DNA of 53,047 bases from a virus (taxonomy: Duplodnaviria; Caudoviricetes), in the IMG/VR virus record IMGVR_UViG_3300021509_000001, positions 1 to 53,047 of that record. One strand, 5' to 3'. Position 1 is the stretch's first letter. Each line of letters begins with the position of its first letter. Position numbers and translations under genes: made by a program. Of this stretch, positions 18,001 through 26,784 are shown piece after piece. The notes beneath the pieces are model-generated. The model worked only from the letters and a program-made list of their open reading frames with translations, made no database searches and was not told where the DNA came from.

Positions 18001-21000
18001 CGAAAACTTAAAACAGTTCCTATCCAACTTGGGTTTGGCTCCTGAGAAAATCAACGACATTCTGGTAAGCCTGGGTCTGCTCAAGACCCCCTTGGAAGAA
18101 TTCAAAGACAGGCTCGCAGCTTTACGAGAACCTTCCGCGGAAACCGGCCGGAAACTTGCGAGCTTGATTCCGGAAGCTTCCCAATTCCAAGGTGGTCTTG
18201 TCGAACTTTACGGAAAAACGCAAGCGCTCATTTCAGCAGCCAAAGAAGAGTATGAGGCTCGGAAGTTTTTCGGCTTGGCGACAGAACAACTTACTGAACA
18301 GCTTCGTGCATTCTTGAGCGAACTGGGCCTTGCGCCGGACCAGATCGACGACATCATCACGAAGATCGTAGGAGCCGGAGAAGATTTGACAAGAACGTTG
18401 AATGCGCTGGTCTCTCAAGCCGAGGCTCTCACTCTAGCGCAAGCTGACCAGGTGCTTGCTTTGCGGGAACAAGCCCTCGCCGTTTTGAGGTCGGGACAAG
18501 TCACTGACAAGGAGGGTAATGTCCGCGAAGCGACCATTGGAGAGCTTTTGGCCGCGGCAAGTGCAGTCCAGTCATTTTCTACGTGGCTGGATTCGGCTGT
18601 CACGACTCTGGAACGATTGATCACGAGCGGGGAAACAGAACTTCAACCTCTGTATGAACGCTTTAAACAACTTAAAGAAAGCATGGCTTTGGGTCCGACC
18701 TTCGAGGAACAACGGCGAGCGCTTCTGGAAAGCATCAAACTCCCTTCCGAAAGCGCAGGGCGAGAACTCCGACGCTTGGCTTTGGAAGGCGCCGGATCGG
18801 CTGAAGTCTTGGTGAAAGTCCATGCGAAAGCTCAGGACCTAATTTCGGTCGCGAAAGAACTCTACGAAGCCCAACGCTTTTTCGGCTTGTCGACAGAAGA
18901 GACGATTTCCAATCTAAGGAGTTTCCTTCTCGCTCTCAATCTCTCCGAACAAGACGTCGATGACATCGTTTCGGAAGTCACAGGAATCGCGAAGGACCTT
19001 TCATCGGTTTTCAGCTCGTTGGTTTCCCAGGCGGAAGCCTTCACCTTGGCCCAAGCCGATCAAGTGCTCGCTCTGAGAGAACAAGCGCTTGCGGTCTTGA
19101 AATCCGGGAAAGTAACTGATGAAGAAGGCAATGTTCGCGAGGCCACAATCAGCGAGCTCTTGGCCGCAACGAGTGCGATTCGGTCTTTTTCCTCGTGGCT
19201 AGATGCTGCTATCACAACCATTGAACAACTGATCACGTCAGGAGAAGAAAATCTTCGACCTTTGTATGAACAGTTCGTTCGGCTCAGAGACAGTATGGCG
19301 TTAGGACCCACTTTCGCGGATCGACTTAAAGCCACGCTGGAAACATTGACTGTACCCTCGGCGGAAGCGGGCGAAAAACTCAGGCAGCTTGCTTTGGAAA
19401 GCGGCCTTTCAGCTGAAGATCTGATTGCGATCCATTCCAAGGCCGAGAACTTGATCTCTGTCGCCAAACAACTTTACGAAGCCCAAAGTTTTCTCGGTCT
19501 TTCGGTTGAAGAGACGATTTCCGGTTTGACAGCATTCCTGACAGCTCTGGGACTGGGCGAGGAGCAGATTGAAAACATCATAGAAGGGATTACTGGAGCG
19601 GGCGAAGACCTTGTTTCGGTTTTGAATGCTCTGGTTTCTCAAGCTGAAGCCCTTACCTTAGCACAAGCTGACCAGATCTTAGCCTTGAGGGAGCAGGCAC
19701 TGGCAGTTCTCGAATCCGGAAGAGTCGTCACTGAAGAAGGCGAAGTCCGTCAGGCAACTATCGGAGAGATCCTCGCGGCTGCGAGCGCGGTCAGTTCCTT
19801 CGCGTCCTGGCTGGACGCCGCGATAACGGTGCTTGAACGGCTGATCACCGCAGGGGACGAAGCGGTCCGCCCGCTTTACGAACAGCTCGTGAAGCTCAAG
19901 GGCAAGATGGCCTTGGGCCCGACGTTCGAGGAGCAACGCAGGGCCCAAGAAGAAGCGAGGCGGGCGGCGGAAAGGGCCGCGGAGGAAGCGAGAAAGCGCC
20001 AAGAAGAGCTCGCCCGCAAGGTCAGGGAAGCGTGGGAAGAAAGTTTCAAGTCTCCGGCCAAGAAGGCCCTCGAATCTGGCGATTGGCTCAAAGCGGCTTT
20101 GGCCATCCGGGAGATCGCGAGACGGAAAGACGACCTCATCGCGGAGGCCCGGGCGCTGCCGGCCCTACAAGGCAAGACGGTCGAACTCGCGAAGGTCTAC
20201 GATCTTATCATCGGCGGACAGAGGGAACTTCTTTCGAATCTCGACAAGGCGATCAAGGTCCTCCAAATTGCGGGAGAAGACGCTACAAAACTGGAAGAAC
20301 TCAAGGCCCGGATAGAAGAGTTGTTCGACCCCTTGGGAGAATGGAAACGGGCGTTGCGGGAAGCCGTCAAAGCGATGGAAGAGGCTCCGAGAGAGACCGG
20401 CCTCAAGCTCAGGGAACTTTTCCTCAAGGCGAAAGGCTTCCAAAAGGGCGGCATCGTAACCGGGCCCACTCTCGCGCTCCTCGGCGAGGCCGGTCCGGAG
20501 GCCGTGATCCCCTTGGCCGAAGGCGGCGTGGTCGGAGGCGTCCCGGGAGAGGTCGTTTGCACGGAAGATTACTGCGCGGCCGTTCAGACGGCGTCCGACG
20601 CCCTTTCCGGCTTCGCCAAGACGTCCTCGAGCGCCATGGATCTGTTCGCCGAACACATCAACGCCCTCCGGGAAGTCGATCCGGAGTTCGCGCGGCGGTT
20701 TACGAAACCCTTGGCCAGTGGCTGCATGGCGTGCGCCAAAGCGGCTGAGGGCCTGACGGGAGAATTGACGTCGGCGGCGCAGGGCTCAAAGGTGATCGCC
20801 GAAATTTTGGAGGACAAATTCTGGAACGCCTTGGAGGATGTCCGGGGCGAGTTGGTTCCTTCCGCCGAAGCGGCTTCTCTCGTCGCGGACAAGGCGCGCG
20901 AACAGATCCAAGCCTACGAGTCGCTCATCGAGGACATGGAACTGTTCGGACTGGACACCAGGGACGTTCGCCGAGAATTGGAAGAGTTCAAAGCCGGCCT

Positions 21001-22453
21001 GCGTGGCTTGAGTCCCGAGTTGGCCCGCTTGGCGGAGGCTTTGGAGGACCTTTCCTCCGAATTGATCGACACCTTAGTCGGGGCCGCTTTCGACTTGGTC
21101 GAAAGCCTTTTCTCCCTGGAAGGAGCCGCCTCCGAAGCCTATTCCGCCTTGAACGTCCCGGCCGGATTCAAGGGCGCCCGTTACGAGTGGGCGGCGGCGA
21201 AGCCGGGCGAGCCTTACCGTCCTGTCGAGGAAACCGGCGAGGGGATCACCGATTTTCTCAAGCGCGTCGTCCAGACTTTTCTCGGTTGGCTCGAGGAACA
21301 GGTCAGCAGTTTCCTAAAGGATCTCTTGGCGGGCTTCTCTTGGGAGAATTTCGTTTCCCAACTCGACTGGGGCGCATTCGTCAGCTTTCTGGGATGGGAC
21401 GATTTCTTGTCGTGGCTCGATTGGGGCGACTGGGTCGGGGGCCTCGACTGGAACCGCTTCGTGTCGATCCTCGACTGGCATCGCTGGATTAATCCGCTCG
21501 AATGGCCCAGCCTGTTGGGCGACATCTCGGGGTCTTTAGTGGCTTTTATCAACTCCGGGATCGAAACGCTGTTGGGGTGGCTCGAAGACATGCTCGGGCC
21601 AGTCCTCGGCCCCATCGTAGGGGCTTTGGGAGAATTCCTGCAAGGCTTGGTGGCGGTGGTTGGTAGCTTGCTTATGCTCGGCACGGCTTTGGGCTTGGTC
21701 GAGGGCGTCGCAGCCATCATAGTCGGTGCATTGCAAGGCATCGGAGACTTGATCAACGCCTTTCTCACCCCGATCTCGGAGGAACTCGGCCGGTCTTGGG
21801 AGAAATTAACCCCTCTGATCGACGCGACGCGCCAGCTCTTTGCTTCCCTGTCGCCGGTGCTCCGGGCGCTCGGCGAAGTGGTCGCGATTGGGATCAGGCT
21901 CATGACCGACTTGTTCGCCGCCCTCGCGCCCCTCTTTTCGGCGATCGCGAAAGTTATTGGAGCCCTCGCCGAAGCTCTCGCGCCAGCGATCCGAATAATC
22001 GCGAAGCTATTTGAAACCGTACTGACTCCTGTCGTGGCCGTCCTCGCCGGCGGCCTGAAAGCTCTAGCTTGGGTCGTGGACCTCCTTGGGGACGTTGTCG
22101 AAGGCGTGATCAATTCCCTCAAATGGATCTTCAACATCTTCATTGGCGCTCTCAACATGTTCATTGACGCCGTCAACTTCCTGTTCGGCTGGGTAGGGGT
22201 TCACCTGGAGCATCTCCCTTACTTGCAGAGGGGCGGAATCGTCACCCGCCCGACCTTGGCCTGGCTCGGCGAAGCGGGCCCCGAGGCGGTCATCCCGCTC
22301 ACCGGTTTCAATTACCCGCGCCTCGGCCTTGCCGCGGCCGGGGCGTCCATCTCGATCGAGGTCGAGGGCCGCCTGGTCGGGGACGGGCGCGAGCTGGTTG
22401 GGGTGATCGAGCGCGTGCGGGTCAGAGACGAGATCGTGAGGGGCAAGAGATGA
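15095..22453 (+). CDS. Tape measure protein (TP901-like N-terminus) with internal repeats
   Basis: AEAYVRIGLDT..F, FDRSMREV.TL, TVKRGKTT..EL; 2452 aa; follows chaperones. Confidence 0.93.
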   Translation: MMAGQPLAEAYVRIGLDTREFERGLAGSKAAFAATANSIQNSARQLSAGVMAAFAGIAAAAASLKKVTQSATEFDRSMREVWTLMDVSEKEMRELASRVEELGVRYGQTGAKSLKAFYQIVSASFSGAEGMKVLDVAMKSAVAGITDVYTSADALTSILNAYRMSADEAEHVSDVMFQTVKRGKTTMSELSATIGRLTGIAAPAGVSIEELGAAIAALTRGGLATDEAVTALRAAIVELQKPSEALQAIIQDLGYETGTAAIKAEGFFPLLRKIAEKAEEAGIPLTDLFGNIRSLTAVLPLAGDQAEAVAKDLEAMRNAAGSTDKAFQKMAEGVSFQTQQLSAAFDQLSTKIGSLVIPVFLDLMNNVLNPFIDTLRWAAEGLQSVINVSVEVTGLEDAEASFAEFTAGLERMLTTGLLAWAMKAFGGKVSPLAGRIGFSIPLIIQFLTEIRYAIEKPEFGPLISELYRALEEAFPGALIGGLLFGLPGAVAGAAVSILIPTIIRFETDVQAALEEQRAELGKTLEQVLTLEVEIEPKLPEVEALPFTLVELGITDMLNQVRTAITEWTQGRLSLQKAASEAASIVSRAMANMGLEFRDLVPWLYQEFKEVPAAFWEAWLSEMGTSVAEFTTLLAQQAKKVTPKVEVEAPPITLPGFAAPEAPQAPITLPGFAPAEVPSLIDIIRQYQAAQSQATSAAEGAAQSSEQASNAAQKAASAVEVWARQVKAGTLSVADFLDKVRQAAQAQGVTAEKLIEYYAVVAELYNWFQDLGEAQAAFFGSSEKAKAAADLLADFLGIEVEKRRQATDAFTKELEKITQPSAEAARKLLELARNATPEQLVQLNQKFRALLQTGKELYEAQSIYGGATAQVTENLRAFLQVLGFGPARVEDILASLGVLEQAGPSLAEQLEKLRVPTGATGAALASLARQAGGDSLALKEIYDKAQSLIQLAPQLIKAYEFFGLSTEKVTENLKQFLSNLGLAPEKINDILVSLGLLKTPLEEFKDRLAALREPSAETGRKLASLIPEASQFQGGLVELYGKTQALISAAKEEYEARKFFGLATEQLTEQLRAFLSELGLAPDQIDDIITKIVGAGEDLTRTLNALVSQAEALTLAQADQVLALREQALAVLRSGQVTDKEGNVREATIGELLAAASAVQSFSTWLDSAVTTLERLITSGETELQPLYERFKQLKESMALGPTFEEQRRALLESIKLPSESAGRELRRLALEGAGSAEVLVKVHAKAQDLISVAKELYEAQRFFGLSTEETISNLRSFLLALNLSEQDVDDIVSEVTGIAKDLSSVFSSLVSQAEAFTLAQADQVLALREQALAVLKSGKVTDEEGNVREATISELLAATSAIRSFSSWLDAAITTIEQLITSGEENLRPLYEQFVRLRDSMALGPTFADRLKATLETLTVPSAEAGEKLRQLALESGLSAEDLIAIHSKAENLISVAKQLYEAQSFLGLSVEETISGLTAFLTALGLGEEQIENIIEGITGAGEDLVSVLNALVSQAEALTLAQADQILALREQALAVLESGRVVTEEGEVRQATIGEILAAASAVSSFASWLDAAITVLERLITAGDEAVRPLYEQLVKLKGKMALGPTFEEQRRAQEEARRAAERAAEEARKRQEELARKVREAWEESFKSPAKKALESGDWLKAALAIREIARRKDDLIAEARALPALQGKTVELAKVYDLIIGGQRELLSNLDKAIKVLQIAGEDATKLEELKARIEELFDPLGEWKRALREAVKAMEEAPRETGLKLRELFLKAKGFQKGGIVTGPTLALLGEAGPEAVIPLAEGGVVGGVPGEVVCTEDYCAAVQTASDALSGFAKTSSSAMDLFAEHINALREVDPEFARRFTKPLASGCMACAKAAEGLTGELTSAAQGSKVIAEILEDKFWNALEDVRGELVPSAEAASLVADKAREQIQAYESLIEDMELFGLDTRDVRRELEEFKAGLRGLSPELARLAEALEDLSSELIDTLVGAAFDLVESLFSLEGAASEAYSALNVPAGFKGARYEWAAAKPGEPYRPVEETGEGITDFLKRVVQTFLGWLEEQVSSFLKDLLAGFSWENFVSQLDWGAFVSFLGWDDFLSWLDWGDWVGGLDWNRFVSILDWHRWINPLEWPSLLGDISGSLVAFINSGIETLLGWLEDMLGPVLGPIVGALGEFLQGLVAVVGSLLMLGTALGLVEGVAAIIVGALQGIGDLINAFLTPISEELGRSWEKLTPLIDATRQLFASLSPVLRALGEVVAIGIRLMTDLFAALAPLFSAIAKVIGALAEALAPAIRIIAKLFETVLTPVVAVLAGGLKALAWVVDLLGDVVEGVINSLKWIFNIFIGALNMFIDAVNFLFGWVGVHLEHLPYLQRGGIVTRPTLAWLGEAGPEAVIPLTGFNYPRLGLAAAGASISIEVEGRLVGDGRELVGVIERVRVRDEIVRGKR
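17549..19950 (+). repeat. Intragenic TMP repeats, order B-B-B-A-B-A-B-A
   Basis: A units start at 18371, 18983, 19595 (612-nt period); B units at ~17549, 17837, 18131, 18743, 19355. Confidence 0.85.
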
Positions 22454-24180
22454 GGAGCGTCCCGAACGCCACCGACATCGTTCCGATCGAATTCCGGCTG
22501 ACCGTGAACGGGGTGGACCTGTCGGACCGGGTCCAGTCCTGGGAGCGGTCCTTCGACTTCGACGGCGGCTGCTACGTCCTCGAGGTGACCTTCACGAACC
22601 ACGAGCAACTGCGCGAAGCCGGACTAGGCCTCGACCCGCGCGACCCGAACTCGACCTACAACGAGACGGAACCCCTCCTCGGGGCTTACCACGAGGTCAC
22701 ACTGGACATCCGCAAGCAAGGCGTCTCGGAGTGGACCCGCTTCTTCACCGGCTTCGTAGGGCCCGCCGAAGTGTCCGGCGGCGAGACTTGGGGAGAGGCC
22801 GACACCGTATCCTGCACCTGCGTCGGCAAATCGCAACCGCTCAAAGACTGGATGATCGAGGAGAGGCTCGCCCTGAAGTACGAGAATGCCGTCATCTCTC
22901 CGACGGGCTCGCCGGACCTGCTCAACCGCATCCTGCAGGACCAAGGACTGCACTACACCGTGGTCTACCGGGATGATCCCGACTTTTCAGTGTCGGAATA
23001 CGTCGTCTCGGGGGTCTCGGCCTGGGAAGCCCTGGAAAACGCGCTCGCTCCGACCGGCTTCCGGTTGATCGAGTTGTGGAACGGTTCGTCTTCCGATTTC
23101 GAGATCACCATCGTGGATCCCATGCGGAACAAGACCGAACCCGACTTCGAGCTCGTCGGGGCCTTCTCCTCCCGCAGGCTTTCGGGCTCGGAGGCGGACG
23201 TGCGGACCTACGTGGCGGTCGCTTACCGGGACTTCGAGCGGAAAGAGGAGCGATACGTCTGGGCCGAAGCTGATTCCTCTATCGTGGCCAAATACGGAAT
23301 CCCGGATGGCTCGGGCGGACGCAAGCACCGCAAGATGGTGTACAAGACCCAAGACCGGAGCCTGATCGACTCGGAATCCGAAGCGCGAGAACTGGCCACT
23401 CTGATCCTTCACGACCTCCAGGAGCCGACTCCCGACTGCGAAATCAGGTTGCCGTACCTCGACCCGAGGTTCGAGCCGTTCGACTTGGTGCGGTTCACGG
23501 GCGAGTACTCGGTCGACGTGGGCGTCATGAGCGTCCGCGAGTCCTGGTCCTTCGAGCGCCAAGTCGGCGAGACCGTCATCTCGGGGACCGCAAACAAGAT
23601 CATCGGCGCGAAGCAACTCTGGCTTTCGAGGGACGCCAAGCGCCAGCCTCCGGCCGAGAGGAGACTCCAGGACCTGCCCGGAGAAGTTCCCCCGCGGCCT
23701 CCGGCTCCCGAGCTTGATCCGGCATGGTACGTGGGTCCCGACGGCACGCCGCAGCCTGTCGTGGACGCGGTCTTCCCAGGACCGGTCCCTTGGTGGGCTA
23801 AGGGCAGGGTTGTGGCGGTCGGCAAGTTCAAGGTCATGGCCACCGGGACGGCCACCGGAGGCACGGTGGATTACCTCGAGGACGTCGACAAAAGCTGGGA
23901 GCCGGGCCGGTTCTCCGGCAAGTCTCGGGACTACCTGTACATCTCGTCGGGGACAGGGGCCGGCCAGGCCAGGCGGATCAAGACGAACACCGCGACGCGA
24001 ATATACGTGGAGGCCCCGTTCGACACGGCTCCGGGTTCGGACTCCGTTTACGTCGTGTTGAGACGACTGCGGAACCGGAAGCAGGAGAATATCGACCTTT
24101 CGCCCTTCTATCGGGTGAAAGAATTTGAGGAAGGCAGCTTCGTTTACGTGGCTCACTCGCTTGTCCCTTCGGGGCGCTAA
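22450..24180 (+). CDS. Minor tail / baseplate hub-like protein
   Basis: Coupled to TMP; SI.AKYG and ARELA..IL.DL..P pattern of hub proteins. Confidence 0.75.
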   Translation: MRSVPNATDIVPIEFRLTVNGVDLSDRVQSWERSFDFDGGCYVLEVTFTNHEQLREAGLGLDPRDPNSTYNETEPLLGAYHEVTLDIRKQGVSEWTRFFTGFVGPAEVSGGETWGEADTVSCTCVGKSQPLKDWMIEERLALKYENAVISPTGSPDLLNRILQDQGLHYTVVYRDDPDFSVSEYVVSGVSAWEALENALAPTGFRLIELWNGSSSDFEITIVDPMRNKTEPDFELVGAFSSRRLSGSEADVRTYVAVAYRDFERKEERYVWAEADSSIVAKYGIPDGSGGRKHRKMVYKTQDRSLIDSESEARELATLILHDLQEPTPDCEIRLPYLDPRFEPFDLVRFTGEYSVDVGVMSVRESWSFERQVGETVISGTANKIIGAKQLWLSRDAKRQPPAERRLQDLPGEVPPRPPAPELDPAWYVGPDGTPQPVVDAVFPGPVPWWAKGRVVAVGKFKVMATGTATGGTVDYLEDVDKSWEPGRFSGKSRDYLYISSGTGAGQARRIKTNTATRIYVEAPFDTAPGSDSVYVVLRRLRNRKQENIDLSPFYRVKEFEEGSFVYVAHSLVPSGR

Positions 24181-24222
24181 ATCTCTTGAACTGGCGCTCC
24201 TTAATGTTATCTTAAACTCGAA

Positions 24223-26724
24223 ATGGCAACGTGGAAGAAATGGACAAGCACCGTGCTGGTCAACGGGCAGCCTGAGCCCAACGTGGAGGTCCATGTCTAT
24301 GAGCCAGGCACAACTAATGAGATCACGGTCTATGAAGACGAAGGCGTTACGCCGATAACCCAGCCTATTCTGACAGACTCCCAAGGGCGCTATGCTTTCT
24401 TTGTTGACGTCGCTTCGCATCCTGAGATAAGGATCTACCTTGAAAAGGATGGAGTTGATTTCTCCGAGGCCAATGAGGATCTTGACGGCGTGCCAGTTCC
24501 AGGAGCGGGCGGTACGTTCATTGCGCTTACCGACACTCCTTCGAGCTATTCCGGTAAAGGTGGCCATGTTGTCCTGGTCAAGACTACTGAGGATGGGATA
24601 GAAACTCAGCCTTGGCCTGTTACAGGATCAACTTTGAATTTCTTCCTGAGTGATGATGCTGCCGACGTCGGGAGCTATTACTACATGTATCCCACAGAGA
24701 GTGGCGACGGCTATTCGGAACTCACGAGCCCTAGCCTCTCGGCTGGAGATGACCAGCTTCTTTGGTCTTTCGTGACCGAAGCGGGAGAACCCGGGATTGA
24801 TCAGCTCGCGTTAGGAGCCTATACCGCAACCTTGTTCCTCAAAAAGACTGGCAAGAAAGACGTGCGCGTATATTGGAAGCTTTTCAAACGCGACACCGGA
24901 GGAACCGAAACCGAAATCCTGCAAAGCGCTGAGAGCAATCAGCTTACGACGGACAACAGTCAGTATTTGATCTCGGCTTACCTGAACGAAGATCAGAGCC
25001 TAGACTCGACTGATCGCCTCGTGTTCAAGCTCTACGCCAACGTCTCGGGAACCGGCACGGACGTGACCGTGACCTTGACGATGGAAGGCGATTACGACAG
25101 CCGGCTTGCTATCCATGTCTTGAGTTCCGCATTCAGCTTGGATCGGCTTTCCGACGTGACGATTACCTCTCCAGCGGACAATGAGCTTCTGGCCTACGAC
25201 TCTGGATCAGGGAAATGGATCAATCAAACGCCGAGCGAAGCTGGGGTCCTCGCTGCGGATGGTTCGGTCCCGCTCAGCGGGGATCTAGAAGCAAACGGGC
25301 ATTCAATTAATAATCTCTTGACTTGGCCTAGTGCTGGTGCATTTTACAATGTGCTGGCCCGCTCGGACGTGCAAGGAGACGGCACTAACGATGATACAGA
25401 AGGCATCCAGGCTGCAATAGATGCTGTCTATGCTATGGGAGGGGGAATCGTGTTTTTCCCCGCCGGGACTTATAAAGTGACCTCCACGCTAAATCTCAAA
25501 TCGGGGGTCACTTTGTGCGGTGCTGGTAGAGAAGTAGCCATCATTAAAAGGACGACAAGTGCGGCAAGCGGAGGAGCTAGAGTCATACAGAATGCTAGCT
25601 ATGGCGGTGAATACGATGAGAACATGGTCATACGGGACCTGACAATTCAAGGGTATTACGACCCCGCTGGATCTGCGCAGCATCATTGTATTGGATTTTG
25701 GAATGTGAGAAATGTCCGTGTAGTAAATTGTAAGTTACAGGACGCGAGTGGAGATGGCATCTTGGCCAGGAATGCCGAAAATGCCGTTTTTGAGTACAAC
25801 GAGATCTATCACTGTGGGCGAAATGGTATATCTCCGACATCGGGCAGTTTCACAATTCGGCGCAATCATATCTCTGAGATTACTGGCGATACCGGCCCGG
25901 GCAGTGGGATAGATGCAGAGCCTAATAATGTCTCGGAAAAGCTGATTATACGTATAGAAGACAACATCATCACCGGGACAATAGGAGGAAACGGCATTGT
26001 CTTGGCTGATCTTCATACCGACACTGATGGCACTACGATGATTTCTGGTACTATATCAGGCAATAAAATTGAAAGTGGCTACAGGGGGATATACATAAAG
26101 AGTTCGAACAGCATACAAGCACAAGCTATCACAATCGAGGGAAACGAAATCGACGGTGCGAACCATGCCTGCGTTATAGAAGGCATGAACGGCGTCTCTA
26201 TACATAGAAATTATTTAAAGGCTGGTAGCGGTAGCTATTTTGGATTGTCTTTTACTAGTCATGACCTTAGCATTACCGGGAATGTCATAGTTGGAGCTGG
26301 CTATTATAGTCTCCTCGCAGACGGAGCCAAACGAGCAAGAATCATAGGAAACATCGTGTTGAGTAATCCGGCTATACTAAAGAACACCATCAATTGTATC
26401 GTACAAAATAATGTATTCAAGCCCGAGGGCCTACAAGTCTGGGGGGCAGCAGCGGAAGGAAACATTATTGCACATAACGATTTTTCAGCTACTACAACTC
26501 CAATATCCTATGCGTTGGACGCCGATTCCGACAAACAGATTGAATTCAATAACCGGGGGTTGTCGAGTTTGCGCTTTGATGACAATGTTCCTGCATCGGG
26601 CACTTGGGCACAAGGGGATATTGTGTTCAATCGCGGCGCTACCGCGGGCGGCAAAGTGGGATGGGTATGCGTGGAAGGGGGCTCACCGGGCACCTGGAAG
26701 CCGTTTGGGGTAATTGATACGTAG
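24223..26724 (+). CDS. Tail spike with pectate-lyase-like beta-helix (putative depolymerase)
   Basis: GDGTNDDT..IQAAIDA...GGGIVFFPAGTY, repeated I.GN.I strands, C-terminal GWVC..GG.PGTWK; lower GC in the distal part. Confidence 0.85.
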   Translation: MATWKKWTSTVLVNGQPEPNVEVHVYEPGTTNEITVYEDEGVTPITQPILTDSQGRYAFFVDVASHPEIRIYLEKDGVDFSEANEDLDGVPVPGAGGTFIALTDTPSSYSGKGGHVVLVKTTEDGIETQPWPVTGSTLNFFLSDDAADVGSYYYMYPTESGDGYSELTSPSLSAGDDQLLWSFVTEAGEPGIDQLALGAYTATLFLKKTGKKDVRVYWKLFKRDTGGTETEILQSAESNQLTTDNSQYLISAYLNEDQSLDSTDRLVFKLYANVSGTGTDVTVTLTMEGDYDSRLAIHVLSSAFSLDRLSDVTITSPADNELLAYDSGSGKWINQTPSEAGVLAADGSVPLSGDLEANGHSINNLLTWPSAGAFYNVLARSDVQGDGTNDDTEGIQAAIDAVYAMGGGIVFFPAGTYKVTSTLNLKSGVTLCGAGREVAIIKRTTSAASGGARVIQNASYGGEYDENMVIRDLTIQGYYDPAGSAQHHCIGFWNVRNVRVVNCKLQDASGDGILARNAENAVFEYNEIYHCGRNGISPTSGSFTIRRNHISEITGDTGPGSGIDAEPNNVSEKLIIRIEDNIITGTIGGNGIVLADLHTDTDGTTMISGTISGNKIESGYRGIYIKSSNSIQAQAITIEGNEIDGANHACVIEGMNGVSIHRNYLKAGSGSYFGLSFTSHDLSITGNVIVGAGYYSLLADGAKRARIIGNIVLSNPAILKNTINCIVQNNVFKPEGLQVWGAAAEGNIIAHNDFSATTTPISYALDADSDKQIEFNNRGLSSLRFDDNVPASGTWAQGDIVFNRGATAGGKVGWVCVEGGSPGTWKPFGVIDT

Positions 26725-26784
26725 AGCTGTGGAAATGGATTGCATGGATGAGTTAATTGAGGGATTCCTGGAGAATCGAGGGCT

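Noticed and set aside
22987-24567. 526-aa minus-strand ORF
   Set aside because: Shadow of tail genes
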